Origin: Lytechinus pictus
Lineage: Eukaryota
Length of the DNA: 64,000 nt
Reading direction: 5' to 3'
Assembly (NCBI RefSeq): GCF_037042905.1
Contig: NW_026974140.1
Coordinates: 124,001-188,000, forward strand
In this document: positions 51,783-64,000 of the stretch, one piece after another
Layout: each line of letters begins with the position of its first letter
How positions within the stretch are numbered: the stretch's first letter is position 1
Made by a program: the position numbers and the translations under genes
The notes under the pieces: model-generated
What the model was told of the DNA's origin: nothing
Databases searched by the model: none
What the model saw: the letters and a program-made list of their open reading frames with translations, nothing else

Positions 51783-54700
51783 CCCTTTGCGTGCGACGGG
51801 CTTCTGTGGAAGACCAGCGAGTCGTTCACTTAGCTACGACGGGCTTCTACAGAAGCCGATAAATGTTTGGTTTAATTCAATTAAGTTTTTCAGCTTTTTC
51901 GTAATTGTTATGTACTAAAACCTCTGCCACTATTTCCTTCATAAACCTATTTCGATTACAGATTGAAAAAAATATACAGCTACGTGGGGAAAAATCCCGA
52001 AAATAGGAAATCATTTCAACTCTACCCGATTTTTTTGTTGGAGTCGGAAGGGGAAGAAAAATTTTGTGACGAGCACGTACGCGCGCGCATAAGGCCTGAT
52101 CACGTGATTTGATCCATATCGTCGTTCTGATAGATATACGCTAACATCTTTTCTGCAAGATCGTCACGTAATAAGCTACGCGTTTATTCACCATTTTCGT
52201 CTTATTTGTTTAATCAAGAAGATATCACTCTAGATAGAATGATATCTTCTTGGTTTCATCGATCGATTGCATTTTCAGAAAAGCAAAAAGCTTGTAATGT
52301 CTTAGTACTTTGAGCTGATCTCGGTGCACTTTTGAACTTTTTCCCTCCCCATCATCCCTCTTCTTCTAATTATTTTTGTATACTATTCTGAAAAAATGAG
52401 AAAAGAAAGCAGTTTAGCACACCATTCATCTTCTGCTCTTTTCAAAAGGGGAACGTCCATGTAGTTCATGATATCGGCACTACCCGAACAAAAGAATGTC
52501 TGGGCGGCCACTCAAACAAATTCCTTCCGAAAAGAGCAGGATACAGATGGTCAACGCCCCGAACAAAAGGAAGATTAGTGTTTATCGGCGGGATGACCCA
52601 TTGAACGCTTTTCGTACTTAGCAATACAAAAAGCTTTTATGAATCTTTTTTTTTCGACCAACATATTGCACCTATTCCCCTGGGTGATGATGCATATAAG
52701 GATGAACGAATAATTATTTAGGGAAATTATCGAAAAAATAGGTTCAAATGTCAGGGAGGACGAGAGAGACAGAGATAAAAGGGAGAACAGACAAGTGCGC
52801 TTTTGCTAAAATTCCATGAATATCTACTTAAACGAATAACAACATTTTATTTTTTGGTTAGATTACTTTTAAAAAATCCCACAATGTTTGTTTGTTGCAA
52901 CTCGGTCCTCAGACCCTTGCCAAACTGATGACTTTTTATCATTGTTCTTGTTTGACCCCCCCCCCCCAACCCTCTCGATGGAAATGTTCTGACCTACACT
53001 CTCATATTGCTTGTTTGTCTCCTCTCTCCGATTTTCTGTTTTTAATTGCGAGTAACGCGGTAGAAAATATAAGAATAATATCGTCCTGGCCCCCTTTTTC
53101 CCCCGTTACGACCGAAAAAAGCAATGTTTTTTATGGTGCAGGTGTTGAGCTGTGGGACGGGGATGAAGCGGCTAAAAAAATACAATTTGTTAATTCATGT
53201 CATTTTACAGAATGAATTTATAATAGGTTAGGTTTTAGAAGCTCTTCATCTTATTTCCTTTTCTCACCCAGATGAAAACTTTTGCATTGAAAAGTTGACG
53301 GAAACATAATTACTTCAAATGATAAAACCAATAATGAACTAAAAGTTTCCTCGCGCGAAATTGAGGAAATAGAATGATACAGGATGATAAATTACGCTAA
53401 GGCACCCCCTACAAAGAAAACACGTTTGTATGGCGTATCACCCGATAGAATCCTCTCAATCCTACAAACTTTTATTCATGTGTAACCTACACCCCCCCAA
53501 AAAAAAAAAATGTTGATACCGACCCAAATTTTATTGATTTTCCTACTTTTTTGCCAATTTCTTTCTCATTTTTTTAACTGGCGAATAGCGTGGTAGAAAA
53601 GATTCATAGAGGAAAAAAATTGTTTCCGTGACTGAATGTGGGAGGGAATGGACCGGCCGAAAAAAAAATCAGAAATTTATATAGACTTCGGATTTTTTTG
53701 TACATGTTTGCTGAAAGGGGTGAGGACGGAAACTTCTTACCAACTCCGCCGCCTTTGTACTATTAGATTGCACGATTAAAACGATAGAGACAAAAACGAA
53801 TTCTAACTATTTTGAATGTTTTTTTAATGATTTATTATCGGTTGTGAAATCAAGGAGACAATAGAACAAAACGAAAGAACAAATAAAAAAAAACACTTAT
53901 GATTGCGGATGCTATAATTTATTCAAGAAAAATACTTTTTTTTACTTTCAGTAATTGCTTTGCTCTTTTTGAGGGAATAGTATAAGATAAAGAAAGAAAC
54001 ATAGAAAGTGACAAGAAGAGAATTGGGAGGTATGATTTCAGACTTACAATTTTAGTCACTGTTATTCGTTTAACTCTTTGAAATAATTTCAGGATATTAC
54101 AAATCGAATACCGATGCGCAAACTTCAGGAACGAAATTATTTTATTACTATAATATCTGCGTGGGAAATCGAATCAAATGAAACATATAATTTATGAAAA
54201 AATCTGAAAGAGAAATTACTTTTAGTGAAAGATTGAGGCCTCTATCTTGCCATAACCCTAACCCCCAGGTTCACAAAAAAAAATAGTTTAGTCGTGCATT
54301 TTTATACGATGATGATGATCATCATCATCATATTGTCTTTTGCGAAAGATATCTACCCACGTTATCAATATAGAAAATGGAAGATGAATATAATTTATTG
54401 TGAAATGACAGTTACAATTGTAATTTTAGAAGGTTTTTCGGGACATTATTTGAGAAACAGGGGGAAAACCCCCCAAATTTTTTACATGATGACCACGATG
54501 CAATAGGACGAGAGGCCCACAAATGCAACCATCTCCGATCAATACAAGTTAGCAAAAACGAGGCGTTCTCTCGGAACCGTTACCGATGAAGAGAGAGAGA
54601 GAGGGGGGGAGATGTTAGATGTAATGTAAAATGACAGGTGCTGAGAAGAAAAAATCAGAAAGAAAGGACTGGGGGGGGCGGGGGCGGGTATATACCTCGT

Positions 54701-56883
54701 AATCCAAATCGGGAAGAAAGAAGACGATACAGATATAATTCAAATGAGAAGAACTCAGAGAAAAAGGTGTAGAAGGGAGGGGATATAGAAAGACGATATA
54801 TATATAAGGGAATGAAAGCGGTAGATAATACATTCAGTTACAGGTTAGAAACCAGAGAAAGGGAAAACGAGGAAATCCCTAATTGGTACCGTTTTATAAA
54901 TACATTATACATGCACATGTTATATTGAAAAATGCGCAATAATTTAAACAAATTTACCATCCGCCAGTCAAATAGAATGATATAGCTTTCAAGTGTTATT
55001 GAAAATTTGTAAACAAATTTCATATAAAACGGGCCCCTGGAAAACTTTTGAACCCCTCCCCCCCCCCCCCCCCCCCGCTTTCTCTCGTTCTCTCATCCGA
55101 TATTGCTCTTATTTTTGTCTTCTATTTCAAAGGAAACAAACAGAAAATAAAGGAATTAAGAACACCGTTTATCCTCTGCTCTTTCAAAAATGAACAAAAG
55201 AAAGTCATGGCGGACGCTCAAACAAATTCCTTATAAAAAAAGAGCAGGGGACTAATAGCCAACGCCCTGAATAAAAGGAAGATTAGTGTATTTCGTCAGG
55301 ATGACCTAGTAAATGGTTCTCGTATTTAGCGATACAAAAAGCTCTTAGGAATACTGCTTTTCATATTACGACAGTAACAATAAAACAAGTAAATGTTTAC
55401 TAATTTAAAACATGCAGGCGCTTAACCCTAAATCTCCCGGGGTATTTTTATTCTTGTCATTCCCGGGGGGGGGGGGCATTATGGCCCCCCCTTAAGATCT
55501 TGGCCGCCGATCGCGCGAGCGACGCAAAAAATTTGCACGCTTGTAGTGTGCGATGTAATCTACACTAATTTGGTCTCAAAATTTGCGCGAGACTTGAAAG
55601 TAAAAATTCAGTGAGCGGCGAGGTCAAAAAATTTCGCGCAGCAGATATATCGCGAAAATTGTCGATAATGGAGGGGTTGAGCTGAATGTGGGAGGGAGTG
55701 ATCCGGCCCCTAAAAATCACAAATTTATGGACTTCGCGTTTTTGTATACGTTTGCTGAATGGACGGGGGGGGGGGGGGGTGGAATGACGCCTCTTACCGA
55801 CTCCAACGCATCTGTATTTAATTGAACGAGTACAAAGATAGAGCCAAAACGGGATACAAATCTTTCATGGCTTAATTATTACTTTTGTTTTCGGTTGTGA
55901 ACAAAATCCAGAACGGTTAAAAAATGAATAAAATGAAAGAACAAAATAAAACACTTAGATGCTAAAATTTCAATAGATAAAAATAATTTACTTTCTCTCA
56001 TTGTGACGAACAGTAATCGGTAGCATGGTTATTTTGGAGGGAAAAGGGAGATAGAAAAATGAAACGTAGAACGAGACGAGGAGAGCGTTGGGAGGTATGA
56101 TTTCAGATTTGAGTCACATTTACCCCCTTCGCTCTTTGAAATTGCAACAGGAAAACAAATCGAACACTGGTATGCAATCTTCAGAAACAAAATTATTTTT
56201 TATTACAAACTGTAATTTATGAAAAGAAGAAACCAAAGGCGATTTTTAGTGAAACATTGAGGCCACCGTCTTGAAGCCCAGAAGCCAAAAATCACAAAAT
56301 AGTTTCGGACTTTCGTTGCGCAGCATCATCATCGTACTTGCAAGGGAATATATTCTTTATATTTTTAATTCATTCTGGAAAATAAAGGTATTTGGTATGC
56401 TGTGATTTCACCCAAAACGGATTATCGTCGTAATTATTCACTTTGCAAATGATCTGAATACAAGGGGGTAAAGCGACCATTCATGAGTAGCGTTACAATA
56501 GGCAATGAATAAGCACTAGAGCAGACAACAATGCGGTATCGATCGAACCCGACCTGTCCGCACGTGCTGATTGCCCTTACGCATTTTTGTACACAGTGCC
56601 TATTGACTTGGGAAAAAGCGAAGATTTGACAAAATAACACGACTTTTTCCTCGTAAATTTCTTAACTATTCTGTTGATTTGAGAGGCGAGACCTTTAATT
56701 CTAGAAAGAAAAATGTCTGATCTTTCATCTTTACATTTACTAAAAATCATGAAAATACTTCAGTTTGGCGCAATTAGCAATAGATTAGGAAAAAACCGCC
56801 ACAGATCAAAATACCAGCAATGTTAAAAAAACGGCTCCGCCGCAGGGAGAGGTATCCGGTTTCGCGGGCCCGCACGCAAAGGG
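51783..56883. mobile_element. Non-autonomous piggyBac-type element (5.1 kb), private to copy C
   Basis: TTAA|CCCTTTGCGTGCG...CGCACGCAAAGGG|TTAA; single TTAA in copy B (~29969); no transposase ORF. Confidence 0.92.
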
Positions 56884-58115
56884 TTAATAATGTGAGCACA
56901 AAGCGCAAGCAGAAAAATTTTGACATTGTAATCTGAAACTGGATAATGATTTAAATAAAGAACAAATTGAATATCTAAATAAACATGAGCGTCTTTCAGA
57001 TTTAGACCTAGAATCTCGGCATTTTACACATCTATCAGCGAGCGCGAAGCGCGAGCTTAAACTATTTGATATTTCGATCTGAAAAAAAGAGCCAATTTCA
57101 GCTATATATTTCCTGCACTTTGTAGGAAAATTGTGAGGTGGATATGGATCACACTTAATATTTCATTATTATTTGAGTTTTGACATAGGACCGGGACATC
57201 CTTAGGACAAGTCATATGAAAATGATGACTATCTTCCTATTCCTCTTACTAAGCGCGAGATGAAACAAAAGGGACAATTTCATCATTAAATTGATATCTT
57301 ATTTATTAATGCATAATGCGGGCGAGAAATCTGATGATATTATGGCCTGAAAACTGGACATTTCAAGCACTTTTGTAATTAGGAATATAATGCATCAGTT
57401 GAAATATTTTTAACCATCAATGCGAGCGCAAATCGCGAGCCAAAATCTTTGATAAACTGTGTTGAAAATCAATATTGAGACATACATCAATCGCCAATCA
57501 AAATACGAGTAGCACTATCTGCTACGTTTTGACAATCAGACTTGAAAAGGGATATTTTCAATCTAAATGGAATACACAAAAATAGCAGGTACTGAATAAT
57601 TCGAATTTTGCGAGCGCTCAGAGCGAGTAGAAAATGTCAATATTCAGACCATAAAGCTGTAATTTTTATAGATCACTTTTTTAAATCTGTTTGTAAATCA
57701 CACAAAATAACGAAAGTTCGATTTCCGAGGTGAAATGTATAATGTATATTGACTTCCAAACATGATATTTAAGCTCCATATTGAACAAGTGGAACGCCTC
57801 TGGCTGTCTCACCTGCATCACGCAATTCAATATAGCAGCAGAGCTGACTTTGAAAACTACTATAAAATGATTATTCACAAAAAACACCATTCATATAATG
57901 ACACAATACTACGTTCATTGACATTTGACCTTGATCATGTGACCTAACACTTGAACGTGATACTTGATTACCCCTATATCCACATTTTATACACTACATG
58001 TATATCTATAAACTTTGAAAGTTATGACAGCAATCGAATAATTCCTCTAAAATGGCAAGTATGACCTTAAATGACCTTTGACTTTGGTCATGTGACCTGA
58101 AACTTGCGATGTTCA

Positions 58116-60465
58116 GTAATTCGAATTACTACACGACGTAAATAATTACGTAGTGTAGTAATTCGAATTACTACACGACGCAATTCTGAATTACTGCCCA
58201 ACGATTTAATGTTATGACGTTAAATGAATTAGTGTCGCTACATCAAATAATTAAGGTCGTGTAGTAATTCGAATTACTACACGACGTAAATAATTACGTA
58301 GTGTAGTAATTCAAATTACTACACTACCTAAAGAATTACGTCGTGTAGTAAATAATTACTACACGACGTAATTCCGAATTACTGCTCAACGATTTAATGT
58401 CATTACGTTAAATCAACCAATGGGATCGTTTGTTATAAACCTATAAAGCAATGCCAGCGCGGGGGAAAATGATGTTTAATTTATGAGTTGTCAAGGTATG
58501 CATCAATTTGTAAAGACATCCAACTTCTATTTGTTATATGTATTTTATTTTGTATATGAATTGAAGTTGTAAAAAAAAACTACTGAATACAACAAAAAAA
58601 TAATAATGATAAGAATAAAAAAACTCATACTGATTGGTGGTTGCGGGAGCCGGATGAGGGGCGCGTATGGATGACAACAAAACAAAGACGGTGATTTTTC
58701 GGGTCAAAAAAAAAAAAAAATTATGCCCACAATTCAAAACCAGGATAAAAACACACAGACCATGACCCATAGGAGTAGTTAATGGTGTATGTGTTTGGGA
58801 GGGAGGGAAGGGGTGACGGACACAACTTTTGTTCTCTTCAGTGAGGATTTCTATTAATTTTTTTTTGTTGGGGAGGCTAGTTGTTTTTTGCAGGCGTAAC
58901 CGTTAGTCCAAAATAATTATGGGCCATGGGGGGAGGGGGGTGGCAAACATGGCGTAAAAGATAAAATCTGTTGAAAATGCAAGAGAGCAAAAAAATGAAA
59001 CTATACAGGAACATCAGTCACTCAAATTTAAAAAATATATTTCATTTCGAAAAACGGCACATTTCATCTTCCGCTCTTGTGCATGCAACAAAATTGAGTG
59101 ACTGATGTTCCTGTATAATATAGTTTCATGTTTTTGCTCTCTTGCATTTTTAACAGATTTTGTCTTTTACGCCATGTTTGCCACCCCCCCCCCCCCCCCC
59201 CTCGTGGCCCATAATTATTTGGAATAACGGTTACGCCTGCAAAAAACAACTAGCCTCTTCAACAACAAAAAAGCAAAAAAAAATAATAGAAATCCTCACT
59301 GAAGAGAACAAAAGTTGTGTCCGTCACCCCTTCCCTCTCTCCCAAACACATACACCATTAACTACTCTTATGGGTCATGGTCTGTGTGTTTTTATCCTGG
59401 TTTTGAATTGTGGGCATACATTTTTTTTTAAGACCCGAAAAATCACCGTCTTTGTTTTGTTGTCATCCGTACGCGCCCCTCATCCGGCTCCCGGAACCAC
59501 CAATCATTATGAGTTTTTTTATTCTTATCATTATTATTTTTTTGTTGTATTCAGTAGTTTTTTTTTTTCAACTTCAATTCATATACAAAATAAAATACAT
59601 ATAACAAATAGAAGTTGGATGTCTTTACAAATTGATGCATACCTTGACAACTCATAAATTAAACATCATTTTCTTCCCCTTAAGTCTTGCAATAAAACAC
59701 AATGTCAGACATCTTCCAATACATAATTATTAATCATTACCAATGCTAATCGATGTTTATAAGTTTTTTCGTTCCAACTTCAATAGATAATCGTTTACTC
59801 TTGATACCGATATCTTTTAACTTACTTTCAATTTCAATTCGTGCTTTTGTAGACACGGTACACAAAATCTATGGATTTATAGTCATAGAGATGTATACTA
59901 GTAACATAGAGATGTCTCTATGACTAGTAATTAGTATACATCTCTATGTTTAAAGTTCACTATCTTCAAAATCCTTATTGGTCGGGCGCTATTGGTCGAT
60001 AAGTCCAGCGCGATCGGCCGGCATTCAAGTTCCCCCGCGCTGGCATTGCTTTATAGGTTTATAACGAACGATCCCATTGGTTGATTTAACGTCATGACAT
60101 TAAATCGTTGAGCAGTAATTCGGAATTAAGTCGTGTAGTAATTATTTACTACACGACGTAATTCTTTAGGTAGTGTAGTAATTGGAATTACTACACTACG
60201 TAATTATTTACGTCGTGTATTAATCCGAATTACTACACGACCTTAATTATTTGATGTAGCGACACTAATTCATTTAACGTCATGACATTAAATCGTTGGG
60301 CAGTAATTCAAAATTGCGTCGTGTAGTAACTCGAATTACTACACTACGTAATTATTTACGTCGTGTAGTAATTCGAATTACTACACTACGTAATTATTTA
60401 CGTCGTGTATTAAATTGAATTACGACACGACGTATATCCGTGTTTTTGACGGTCTCCTGCTTCCA
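58116..60465. mobile_element. Large foldback element with 21-bp subterminal repeats, left end deleted, private to copy C
   Basis: 58462-59030 inverted vs 59091-59672; 58116-58465 inverted vs 60030-60430; GTAATTCGAATTACTACACGAC units. Confidence 0.85.
59884..59948. mobile_element. Ultra-short palindromic element with a nested 18-bp relative
   Basis: 17-bp perfect IR CATAGAGATGTATACTA; flanks TTTATAGT/TTTAAAGT; inner CATAGAGATGTCTCTATG between two ACTAGTAA. Confidence 0.65.
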
Positions 60466-61759
60466 TATATAACAAGACATATTCATTTCATTTTGTAATC
60501 CTTTTTTTCCTAATTCTAGTGCCAAAAAAGGGAAAAATAATATTTTATGGGTAATATTTTACAATTTTGGGGCATTTATCAGAAATTCCGCCCCCATATT
60601 GTAAAAGTGAGGAAACATTGACATCACAACAGCATTAAATAATTATTCTCATACACCTCAGACAACTTAAAAATAAAATTGGCGAAGAAAAGTGAGAAAT
60701 AAGGTTGAAAACAATGGATTATCCTATTGGGCTTTGTACAGGCCAATATGGCGCCAAAAAGGACCCCCCACGAAGGGAAGGAGGGGGCTGAAAATTTGAA
60801 CCCCATCATTTTTGGTCTAAGTGGACCCTATTGAAGCCAAAACAACCAAAAAATCAATTTTGGCACGCAAGTCCTACGGGAGCTGTGTCAGTGACATACC
60901 GTACCACACTATTATGCTCAAGTTTTATGAACTAGGTCTATATACTTTATGAGTTATGCTGTCATTTCAAAAACTTAACCTTCGGCTAAGATTTGATGTT
61001 GATGCCGCGGCCGTCTGAAAAGCGGCGCCTATAGTCTCACTCTGCTATGCAGGTAAGACACAAATCACCTAACAGACAATTCGAGCGCGAAGCGTGAGCG
61101 AAAATTTTATATAGTGACATGAAAGATTCTTTCCAAGTTTTCCCCTCATCTTATTTTATTCACTCTAGAAAATTTGACAAGCAAAAATAAACGAAGGTTT
61201 TCACCAAAAATGTAAGGTAATTTAGTATTAAAAAATGTATTATTTCGAATGTGAATGATGCATTTTCTCCATCATAAAAGACCAAAAATAGTGGGGGGAC
61301 ATTTTATATTGTGTCCCCCTACTATTTTTGGTAGGGGGGACACGTCCCCCCTGTCCCCCCTGGGATTTCCGCCCATGACCACAGCGACAAATAAAGAAAC
61401 TACAGGCTATCCAAAACTCTGCTGCAAGGTTAGTTACTCAAACTCGAAAATATGAATCAATCACCCCTGTACTACGAAACTTACATTGGCTTCCATTGGC
61501 TGTTCATTCTCGTATTTCTATCAAATTATTAGTTTTTGCATATGAATGCTTCCATGAGATAGCTCCATCATATTCAACCGAATTATTAACTTTATACATC
61601 ACACTACTCGTACTCTAATATCAAGCACAAAGCAGCTGTTTGCTATTCCTCCCATTGTTACCAAAACATATGGTGATCACTCTTTGCACATGCCTCTTCC
61701 GTCTTATGGAATGCACTTCCCAATTATATGAGAAATATTCATGATTTAGATAAGTTTAA

Positions 61760-64000
61760 AGGTATAGTGTATGATTGGTTGATCTCAGACAAGGGCAATG
61801 AATCAATTTTGAAATTATTACATTCATTAAATACCTATATTATTGCTCTATTTTATCACGGAAAAGAAACTTGCATAACTTTTATATTCTCATGATATTG
61901 AGGGGTGAAACATATATTATAACAAATCTCGGTTAAACGATAAAAGTTTGAACTTTCTTATTGACGCCCTCTCGGGTTAAAAAATAAATTGATATTAGAA
62001 CACCGTTCGAATCATGCATATTCATTACGACTCATGTATATTGATGAAATACGTCATGGCGCATGCGCAGTATCAAGAAATCCCCGTATCAACAAAGTGC
62101 AGTACTCTGTGTGTGTAGCTGAGTAGAAAGCAAACATCGAACGGTGCGTGCAAGCTCAATGAGCCGATGCTAGGCGGCTAGCGACATGCTTGCGCTCTGC
62201 ATTAGTTTCAGATATAATCCACTATTTGCGATAGCACACACAGGATAAGAATACTATATTGAGCTATATCCATAAATGTATCGTACGCGTGAAAAAGGAT
62301 TCAGACACGTTGATTATCTGACGTGAATGACGAAGCAAAGGATTGCCCAATACGGCTTACTTTCGGACTCTTATGTCATGAATCTGAAAGTACTCCAAGA
62401 CTAAAAGAGATACGAGAATCCCAGAGATGGGCAAGGGCCGAGTTCCGAGTTTGATCTTTATTCATGTGGATTGTAGCTCTTTTATGCACCTTTCCCTTCA
62501 TGTATAGCTTGGCGTGATACATATACGGGAACTACAGCGAGGCGCTATAGCGCAGCTCACTGTATGTATACTCTGTATACTGACTCCTTGGCCCTCCCCA
62601 AAGGAAAGGGGGAGGGAGGAGAGAGAAGAAAGAAAGAAGTGGATTGGTGAAAGAGAATCAGGAGAGCCATCATAAAGGGATATGGATACAACATACCCTA
62701 ATTTGATATTTTAGTGTTTTTTTATCTTTCCTGAATGTTTCAGTCAGTTTCAGATTATTTAGATCCACTCGCAAAGTACAGAGGAGAAATTGGAAAAAAA
62801 AGTTAGACCAAAAATATTTAAAACTCTAAACAGACGGCCACCACCATTCTGTCTACAGCCAAGCATGAAGGGAAAGGGCGAAGAGAAAAACGATTACTTT
62901 CAGAGCAGGTTCTACGATATAAAACAGGGTTTGTTTAATACGGGGTTAAATATAGGCCTATAGTAAAACATAACGAAGATGCAATCATATATGCCTATAG
63001 TAAAACATAACGAATATGCAACCCCAATGCGGGGTTAAATATAGGCCTATAGTAAAACATAACGAAGATGCAACCCCAATGCGGGGTTAAATATAGGCCT
63101 GTAGTAAAACATAACGAAGATACAATCCCAATGCAACACTTGACTACTCTTCGTTTGTTTAGATTGAACTCGCGAGGTCAAAAGGTGAGCTGAGAAACCT
63201 GTTGATGCGAAGTACGTACGTGTAGTCTACATTGTGTAGACCGTGATAGCATGAATGTGACCAACGTACGCATCAAGTTGCTAATTTCTGTTATTTCTGT
63301 GCCGAGGTTTTTGCCTGACTGCTAAGAAAGCACGAATGCCTGTGAGCAAGCAACCAGGGGACCAACGGCTCAAGGTCGAACAAGCAGAGTAAAGGCGTCA
63401 TGAGTCAAAAAATGAGGGGGGGCAGACATGACGTCAGGGACAAGATTTCTGGGAAAACTCTTATTTTTGCATCCACACAAGAAAGCTTGCATCGAGATAT
63501 GGAAAAATGAGAAGTTGAGTATTGCGCGGTGCACGTGCTTCAGAGTTGTGATTTCCAGGGCCGACCAGCATGTAGAGTCTTACAACAGAACTTTACAAGG
63601 CACGCCGTGGGGCAAAGTGCAACAACGTATGTGAAAGAAGACTAAGCAAACCTGGAGAAGCAGCAAGGTGTAATATGTACAAGGGAATTGTGCATGTACA
63701 TTACGTCTGCTTTGAAATGTGTACATGGGTCGCCGAGTTTTTATGTAGTATGGGGAGGGGGTGGGGGTAGCCTATAATGATATAGTAGGGCGCTTTATAC
63801 TTTATACAATCATGGACCTATTAGGTCCATGCTATAATCAAACCATCAGCACGACCGGTGGATGGATGACTGAAAGAATGGATGGATAGGCATATATAAA
63901 TGGATCATCCAATTGATGTATTTTCCCAAGAAATGGATGGTCAAAGAGAAATGGATACAAATGATGCAGCAATAGATAGGGGCACCCCATGGGAGATCAA
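61760..64000. mobile_element. Probable left part of another TTAA/AGG (Kolobok-like) insertion, open at the window end
   Basis: Similarity to copies A and B ends exactly at TTAA followed by AGG; the other end is not visible. Confidence 0.55.
62936..63135 (+). repeat. ~52-bp tandem repeat
   Basis: GGGGTTAAATATAGGCCTATAGTAAAACATAACGAAGATGCAACCCCAATGC, about 3.5 copies. Confidence 0.9.

Larger units (their letters stand above)
50750..61377. mobile_element. hAT-type composite element, copy C (HINE-like part at 57784-61064)
   Basis: TIR with one mismatch; TSD ACCACAGC at 50742-50749 and 61378-61385. Confidence 0.88.
48605..61759 (+). repeat. Tandem segmental duplication, copy C (interrupted; may continue beyond the window)
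   Basis: Colinear with copies A and B up to GATAAGTTTAA. Confidence 0.92.

Noticed and set aside
59160..59657. 165-aa ORF with a mirror ORF at 58534
   Set aside because: Lies in inverted-repeat arms, crosses homopolymers, and the frame is not kept between arms
63428..63634. 68-aa ORF as a gene
   Set aside because: Short, with no recognisable domain or supporting neighbouring exons

Overview
Eukaryotic, AT-rich DNA with no recognisable host protein-coding gene, rRNA, functional tRNA or CRISPR array. The repeat types and long G/C homopolymers suggest a marine invertebrate such as a sea urchin (inference). From about 7405 onward the window is a head-to-tail triplication of a ~20-kb unit: copy A 7405-27442, copy B 27443-48604, and copy C from 48605, interrupted at 61760. 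The shared backbone is a nested stack: a 5'-truncated L2 LINE is split by a non-autonomous hAT element (8-bp TSD ACCACAGC), which holds a Helentron/HINE-like element with a ~160-bp tandem array, which holds a foldback element with TAG-like ends and a SINE. After that come MITEs, an LTR fragment and the 5' part of an L1-type LINE with an intact ORF1. Each copy also has private insertions whose empty sites are visible in sister copies: a Tc1-type MITE, a CR1-group LINE containing a SINE, a solo LTR, a Harbinger MITE, a 9-bp-TSD foldback MULE, a piggyBac derivative, two TTAA/AGG (Kolobok-like) elements and a large hairpin. The most notable details are one SINE head carrying two different LINE-like tails, a 39-bp palindromic mini-element with an 18-bp relative nested inside it, and a TTAA-flanked insertion whose empty sites read TGAA. 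All calls were made by eye, without alignment or database search.
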